DNA of 64,000 nucleotides from positions 1 to 64,000 of IMG/VR virus record IMGVR_UViG_3300010158_000045; one strand, written 5' to 3'. Positions 58,921-64,000 of the stretch are shown piece after piece. The position numbers were made by a program, and so were the translations under genes. The notes beneath the pieces were generated by a model. The model did no database searches and was not told where the DNA came from. It worked only from the letters and a program-made list of their open reading frames with translations. Source of the stretch: a virus. Every line of letters begins with the position of its first letter. Position 1 is the stretch's first letter.

Positions 58921-61590
58921 TTAAAACTCGAATAAACTGTTAAATGTATTTTTTTCTTCGGTACTTCTCACGTCCCATTTAAGCACACCAATCAAATTTT
59001 CTAATTTCTTATCAATAATAGTGGCCTCCATTTCTGCATGATCAAAAGGCAAATCCTTGAACCACTGCGGAAGTCTCAGCTCGTCTACTGGATAAGCCAC
59101 ACTGGTAAACGCCAGCGGATTAGGTTTGAGTTTACAAACAATAACTTTCTGACCATCAGTAATGTTCATTGAGTATTTGTCGTTGTACATTCTTTTGAGC
59201 GTATTCCAATTAATACTTGCTCGTACATGACCAGGCATATTAGCCTTGCCAGCTTTCTTCTCTTTTGCTTCGTATTCTGTAACTTTGTTTGCACGTTTTG
59301 GACTTCCTTTTTCCCAACCTGGACGAGCTTTGAATTTACTTCTAAACTCACTAATGCTGTCTAACACAGCCTGTTCTTCCTTGCCAGTAAGCACCATTTC
59401 TAAAACTTCGCTTAAAAAGTCTTGAATAAATTCTGGTGTATCACTGCGTTTGAGATCCAGCCCCATGGCTTTAATCTTGCCTGGTTTGCCATCTACGTCT
59501 GTGCGCTTGCCTTCTTTATCATAATACAGCACCGCATAACGTTTCTTGGTAATGAATAAACTCTTTGACCCAACAATTTCTCGGCCAGCTTTGATAACTT
59601 CGCCACGTGATTTAGGTACGTGGAATGTGTCCAACATAAACTGTGGGAACGTGTTGTTAACTTCATCTGCAATTTGATCATACAGTTGAATTACATTTTC
59701 CCGACTCCACGGAATTGCGCCACTATCGATATCTTTCTTTAACGTCTTGTATGCTGAGAAATAACATGAGTCTGTATCACCATAGATAACTGCTTTACCC
59801 ACGTGGTCATACTCACCTGTGATAATTTCATTTACCTTACTGGCCATATGCTTGGCAATTTGTCTGCCAACCAATGTTGTCGACTGACCAATTCGCTTGT
59901 CAAAGAACCTGCATCCACTGTTAAGAATAGCACCATACAAACTGTTAAGATTAATTTTCTTAACCAACTGTCGTTTGTCCCAATATTCCTCTTCAACTTT
60001 ATTGCCGGCCTTGATAGCTTCTTTTAATTTGGCCTGCATTTCTTTACGTTCTGCATACCAGCGTTTTAGTAGTCCAGGAATAATACCTTCTTTTTCATAA
60101 GTAAAAATTGTGCCGTTACTAGACAACATCCAAGGTTGGTTACTTTCAAATATGAGTCTATATACTTCGGCGGCACTTACTACGTCAACATCTCCGTTTT
60201 CCCAATCAATGGTAATGTCTGTGCCAATCTCTTGAGCCATTACTGCTTCATATTCATCCGCACCGAATTTACCTTCCCAGGCAGCCGCAAAACTTTTACC
60301 TTTGGCTATTTGTGCTTCGATGTATTCTTCAGTTTTAGTCTGACGTAACTGTCCAATAATTGTTTCTGGACCCATGTTAAGCGCACGAATAGCACTTGGA
60401 TAAAGACTATTGATATCCAATGAACCTACCCAGTCTTGAATACCTTCTTTGGGATAAGCAACATACGCACCAGCCGCACCTTCGTTATCTTCACGTTCAC
60501 TCATCTTAGTGCGGTTAGGCACTTGCATGCCTCTGCGATGGCATTCGTTAATAATAGCTTGCTCAGTTACCGCCACAGCACCCATTGTTGTCTGTAGTAA
60601 TACTGTATTTTCATGTGCCAGTGTATTGGCAAGGTCCATGAACTTTAATTTCTTATCAAGATCGTCAAGCAGTTTACAGTCATTGATGTTATATTCAACA
60701 AACGTCTTAAAGTCATTGTTGTATAATTGGTCGAGTGTACCTTCATATTGTGTTTTACGTTTACCTAACTCATATTCCGCAATGGCGTCAAGTCTATAAC
60801 TGTGGCGTTCTTCATACGTATACTTACGGTACAACTCAAGATAGTCTAAATGAACGCGACCAATGTAGTCATAGGTTACACTATCACGACCAAACTTTTC
60901 ATATTCTCTGCGTTTAGGAAACTGATCAAACAAACAGAAACGACGGGTATCTTCTTTACTCAATACCTTTGTCACTCTATTTGTGGTATAAGGCACGTCA
61001 AATCCTTCACTGTTCCAACCACTAAGCACGTCTGCATCTTTAATTAGATCCAAGAACATATCCAACAAGTCTGCTTCTTTGTCAAACAAATAAGTGTTAG
61101 GAAAATCTTTGACCATTTCCTTGGCTTCTTCCATCTTAAGACCTTTAGGAGGAATAGCCAAACATACCATAGTTTCTAACCATTGTAGGTAGACAGCAAT
61201 CGCAGTAATTGGCATGAACGCATCATCTGGACTTGCATAGCCACGCTCTGGATCAAAGTCTACCTCAATATCGAAAAATGCTACATTTAGTTTAGGCGCA
61301 TCTTGATTTAAATAGTGTTCACTTAGTGTAACAAAGATTGGATTAATATCGCTTTCAAACAATTCTTTGCCGCTGTTAATAGCCTGCTCTTTTCTGAGCT
61401 CTTTAGTATTTTTACAAACAATCTTGGTTAAGGAATCGCCGTAGATGGATTCAAATTTGCCGCGAGGGTCTTTAACATAGAACGTGTGTTTGACAGGAAT
61501 GTCACGGAACTCACGCTCACCTTTTTTATTACGTTCAACAACGCGAATGATATCATTCTCGCGGTCAAACCATGCGTCTACATAAGACAT
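58921..61590 (-). CDS. Family B DNA polymerase (gp43-like)
   Basis: ExoI FDIE, ExoII GWNSEGFD.PY, ExoIII YNIND; Pol motifs DINSLYPS, K..LNSLYG, YGDTDS, KKRY. Confidence 0.97.
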   Translation of the reverse strand: MSYVDAWFDRENDIIRVVERNKKGEREFRDIPVKHTFYVKDPRGKFESIYGDSLTKIVCKNTKELRKEQAINSGKELFESDINPIFVTLSEHYLNQDAPKLNVAFFDIEVDFDPERGYASPDDAFMPITAIAVYLQWLETMVCLAIPPKGLKMEEAKEMVKDFPNTYLFDKEADLLDMFLDLIKDADVLSGWNSEGFDVPYTTNRVTKVLSKEDTRRFCLFDQFPKRREYEKFGRDSVTYDYIGRVHLDYLELYRKYTYEERHSYRLDAIAEYELGKRKTQYEGTLDQLYNNDFKTFVEYNINDCKLLDDLDKKLKFMDLANTLAHENTVLLQTTMGAVAVTEQAIINECHRRGMQVPNRTKMSEREDNEGAAGAYVAYPKEGIQDWVGSLDINSLYPSAIRALNMGPETIIGQLRQTKTEEYIEAQIAKGKSFAAAWEGKFGADEYEAVMAQEIGTDITIDWENGDVDVVSAAEVYRLIFESNQPWMLSSNGTIFTYEKEGIIPGLLKRWYAERKEMQAKLKEAIKAGNKVEEEYWDKRQLVKKINLNSLYGAILNSGCRFFDKRIGQSTTLVGRQIAKHMASKVNEIITGEYDHVGKAVIYGDTDSCYFSAYKTLKKDIDSGAIPWSRENVIQLYDQIADEVNNTFPQFMLDTFHVPKSRGEVIKAGREIVGSKSLFITKKRYAVLYYDKEGKRTDVDGKPGKIKAMGLDLKRSDTPEFIQDFLSEVLEMVLTGKEEQAVLDSISEFRSKFKARPGWEKGSPKRANKVTEYEAKEKKAGKANMPGHVRASINWNTLKRMYNDKYSMNITDGQKVIVCKLKPNPLAFTSVAYPVDELRLPQWFKDLPFDHAEMEATIIDKKLENLIGVLKWDVRSTEEKNTFNSLFEF

Positions 61591-61600
61591 AAAATACTTT

Positions 61601-61673
61601 CTCCATGCAATTTAGGGCTTGCAAATACCTATGTGCTGTTTATGGCCAGCTAACCTTTAACAACAATATTTAT
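61601..61673 (-). promoter_or_regulatory. Polymerase leader: ATAAATA motif, two hairpins with near-identical 8-nt loops, then GGAG RBS
   Basis: GCTG-GCCATAAA-CAGC (61650-61635) and TGCAA-GCCCTAAA-TTGCA (61623-61606); GGAG at 61604-61601. Confidence 0.6.
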
Positions 61674-61930
61674 TAGATACGTTTTGTGATATCTAAAATT
61701 GCTTCGATCTCTTCCCAATCTTCATTGTAAGCCGCCCAATCGCCTTTATGTGCAATCTTGATAGCTTTGTTAATAACACTTGGTTTAATTTGTAATTCTT
61801 CCGCAACTGCTTTAACAGTTTCTTTTAAGCCTTCTTGTAAGTCTTCGACTTCACGTAGTACTGTGCTACCTTCTGAAATCAAACGCTCGAGTTTTGCCTT
61901 TTCTTCTGCACCGTATGAACGACCGCCCAT
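61673..61930 (-). CDS. DsbA/GapR-like dsDNA-binding protein
   Basis: 85-aa coiled coil followed by LKE....VAEELQIKPSVINKAIKI; AGGAG RBS. Confidence 0.65.
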   Translation of the reverse strand: MGGRSYGAEEKAKLERLISEGSTVLREVEDLQEGLKETVKAVAEELQIKPSVINKAIKIAHKGDWAAYNEDWEEIEAILDITKRI

Positions 61931-61954
61931 GTAAATCTCCTAATGTATATGCCT

Positions 61955-61983
61955 ATTATACGTTACTTATCCTGTAAATGCAA
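61955..61983 (-). promoter_or_regulatory. Sigma70-type promoter heading the replication operon
   Basis: TTGCAT, 17 nt, TATAAT. Confidence 0.75.
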
Positions 61984-61996
61984 CCTTTAGAGGTGG

Positions 61997-62022
61997 AAAT
62001 GGCAGAAATTAATCTGCCATTT
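61997..62022 (-). terminator. Hairpin, probable terminator after the LysM gene
   Basis: 10-bp inverted repeat AAATGGCAGA-6 nt-TCTGCCATTT directly after tandem stop codons; only a short U-run. Confidence 0.6.
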
Positions 62023-62024
62023 TA

Positions 62025-63677
62025 TTACTTAATGTTTGCTATTCTTAACCAACGAGCCAACTCATCTGATTCTTTTACTGGTGCAGTGTCAGCTTTGGAG
62101 CCAGGTGCACTGGCTAAACTTGCGGCCGCCGGATTGTTTTGAACATTTTGTTTATCTTTATCAATCAGTTGAGCGGTAGTAGGAGTGTTTTGTGGATTCA
62201 ATTTATCTTTGGCAATTTGTTGATCCACATCACTCATTGCCGCAGTTTGCGCGGCTGGAGAACTTTTGATCTCCTCCAAATCATCCAATTGTGATTCTAA
62301 ATCTTTTAGTTGACGAATATTATCTTCATCTTCAGATTTTTCTAAATCAATAATTAGTGCGGCTAACTGAGCTTTCATTGCATCAATTTCTTTTTGTGTA
62401 GCTTCAATTTCTTCTTTCTTTTTAGTGTCTTCAGCGGCCTTGGCATCATCAGCTGGTGTATCATCAGGACGAGGCTTTGCAATTGACGGTTGTTCAACTG
62501 GTTTAGAGCCTACACCTTGGTCATATGTTGGCTTACCACTGGCTGGAGGAATTGTTATTGTTGCCCCTGCTGTAATCTTGTTAGGGTTTGTAATACTAGG
62601 ATTAGCGGCCATCAATTCAGCAACGCTTACATTATTTCGTTTAGCAATAGTACTTAAATTATCACCAGGTTTGATCTGATAAGTCGTTGGCTCAGATGTT
62701 TTAGCATCTGCACTTGGGTTAACAGCACTTGGAGTAGCACCTGCACTAGGTGCAGTAGTCGCACCGTTAGCTGTTGCCATTTGGTCAGCAGTTGGGCCAT
62801 TTCGTTGACCTTGTCCGCCACCGATTTGACTACCAGCAGCCGCAACAGCCGCCAAGGCTGCCGCAATACTCTTCTTAGGATTATCTTTTAGCCATGCGCC
62901 TACGCCTGATTTCATATTGTCTGGAACAGCTCTCCAGGCCGCATCATCAATATCTGGGCGAGGTTTAGGCATGCCAACACGGCTACCCCAACCTGGAATT
63001 TTGCTCCAGTCGTCTGGGTTTGATCCAAACTTTTTCATTATATTAGGAAGCATTTCTCCAGCTGACTGTGCCGCACCCAATGGCCCTGGCAATCTCAACC
63101 CTGCTTCAAACAAATCGCTAAAACTTTCCATCAATGATTCTTTTAGAGGTTTGTCTGCTGGTGCATCTGTTTTTGCAGTGGACAAGGATGCTAATTTGTC
63201 TTTAAGAGCTTTGTACTTGGGAATTAAATCTGTTAATTGTTTTAATTCGTCATCCTCTTTAGTTTGACGGGCAATAGCCGCTTGACTGCCGCCTTGTACT
63301 CCTGCATCATAATCTTTATTACTAGAACTGAAAGGATTTAAATGACGTAAAAATGTACTTGTATTTGCTTTAGGAGGAACTAGTCCACGCTTTGCCAACA
63401 ATGCATCGCTAGATTCTGTACCAGTAGCACTGATACGTGGTTTAGATTGACCTGTCCCGCTGTCACTGCGATCCATCTCTGGATCAGCACTGACAAAGTA
63501 TCCACTAACTGGATCATATAGTCCGGGCAACTTATTATTTTGTGCAAGAGTCATTAGGATCTGAGCACGTTTTTGTTCGTCTTTTTCTTGACCAACTTGA
63601 GCTTCGATATCTTTTAGACGTAAGCCTTCGTTGAGCTCAATAGACTCTATGCGATTAATTAAATCTCGTAAGTTCAT
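62025..63677 (-). CDS. LysM-domain protein, probable virion head/ejection-type protein
   Basis: LysM motif YQIKPGDNLSTIAKRNNVSVAELMAANP.I.NPNKI.AG.TITIP; low-complexity linkers; LNE, LKE and VKE motifs. Confidence 0.8.
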   Translation of the reverse strand: MNLRDLINRIESIELNEGLRLKDIEAQVGQEKDEQKRAQILMTLAQNNKLPGLYDPVSGYFVSADPEMDRSDSGTGQSKPRISATGTESSDALLAKRGLVPPKANTSTFLRHLNPFSSSNKDYDAGVQGGSQAAIARQTKEDDELKQLTDLIPKYKALKDKLASLSTAKTDAPADKPLKESLMESFSDLFEAGLRLPGPLGAAQSAGEMLPNIMKKFGSNPDDWSKIPGWGSRVGMPKPRPDIDDAAWRAVPDNMKSGVGAWLKDNPKKSIAAALAAVAAAGSQIGGGQGQRNGPTADQMATANGATTAPSAGATPSAVNPSADAKTSEPTTYQIKPGDNLSTIAKRNNVSVAELMAANPSITNPNKITAGATITIPPASGKPTYDQGVGSKPVEQPSIAKPRPDDTPADDAKAAEDTKKKEEIEATQKEIDAMKAQLAALIIDLEKSEDEDNIRQLKDLESQLDDLEEIKSSPAAQTAAMSDVDQQIAKDKLNPQNTPTTAQLIDKDKQNVQNNPAAASLASAPGSKADTAPVKESDELARWLRIANIK

Positions 63678-63679
63678 TA

Positions 63680-64000
63680 TTATTCCTTTGGTACACAGTT
63701 AGGCACTGTGCGTCCGCCTTTCTTTTTAGTTCCTACTGGCTTGTAACCATCCCAGCAAGGATTTGAATTTTTTAATGTTCGTTTCTTAGCGTTGGCTTCT
63801 TTGATAGGATTTTGATTGTGCTTTTTTAAATCGTTATCAAATTGTTTGATAGTGGCTTTATTGATACCTTTGAAACGTTTGTCACCTCGAGCATAGTCTC
63901 CTTCTGCATCGGCTTTCTTAGCATCTGCGTAGGCGGCTTTTTTATATTTGCCCAATGTGTCTGTACTTAGTTCGCTTAGACTTAAATGCCCCCCGTCTGG
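63680..64000 (-). CDS. C-terminal part of a basic hypothetical protein, truncated by the right edge
   Basis: Frame is open to 64000 (PDGGHLSLSELSTDTLGKYKKAA...); ends CWDGYKPVGTKKKGGRTVPNCVPKE. Confidence 0.65.
   Translation of the reverse strand, partial: PDGGHLSLSELSTDTLGKYKKAAYADAKKADAEGDYARGDKRFKGINKATIKQFDNDLKKHNQNPIKEANAKKRTLKNSNPCWDGYKPVGTKKKGGRTVPNCVPKE

Noticed and set aside
58921-61590. Intein, intron or split in the DNA polymerase
   Set aside because: The 889-aa ORF has normal motif spacing and no intein or homing-endonuclease motifs.
128-63267. Many short antisense or out-of-frame ORFs in the track (e.g. 2083..2499, 23742..24143, 44792..45280, 62917..63267)
   Set aside because: They lie within or across well-supported genes and have no motifs or RBSs, so they are treated as shadow ORFs.
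1-64000. CRISPR array, tRNA or rRNA genes
   Set aside because: Intergenic gaps are short and mostly explained by promoters and RBSs. I saw no repeat-spacer pattern or cloverleaf by eye; tRNAscan-SE would confirm.
1-64000. Stop-codon reassignment, as in some jumbo phages
   Set aside because: Standard-code ORFs tile the window, including a 15-kb ORF, and TAA, TGA and TAG all end genes at sensible places (e.g. TAG at 58146-58148).

Overview
A 64-kb, AT-rich piece of a large T4-like (myovirus, probably jumbo) phage genome read in the standard genetic code; both ends cut through genes. The + strand (1-37.4 kb) is a virion module: baseplate hub, spike, gp25- and gp6-like wedge genes, a 4986-aa structural protein, several Ser/Thr-rich fibres, an intact sedolisin (S53) protease and four glycosyltransferases in two paralogue pairs. 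The - strand (37.4-64 kb) is a replication/metabolism module: ThyX, MoxR AAA+ with a vWA metallopeptidase, BI-1/YccA, RNase H, sliding clamp, family-B DNA polymerase, a DsbA/GapR-like protein and a LysM protein. The main finding is a ~13-kb locus between RNase H and DNA polymerase. It combines 7-deazaguanine genes (folE, an atypical queE, a QueD-like LxxxHRHxF T-fold protein, a long TGT/DpdA-like transglycosylase, a purine PRTase; no queC, queF or canonical queD in the window) with a GT-B glycosyltransferase, three sugar-type dehydrogenases, a 2OG-Fe(II) oxygenase and a cupin. I infer a candidate pathway for an undescribed, possibly glycosylated, deazaguanine DNA modification. Regulatory signals read by eye include five sigma70-type promoters, ATAAATA late-promoter motifs and a twin-hairpin leader before the polymerase that resembles the T4 gp43 operator. 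All calls come from recognising motifs; no database searches were run.
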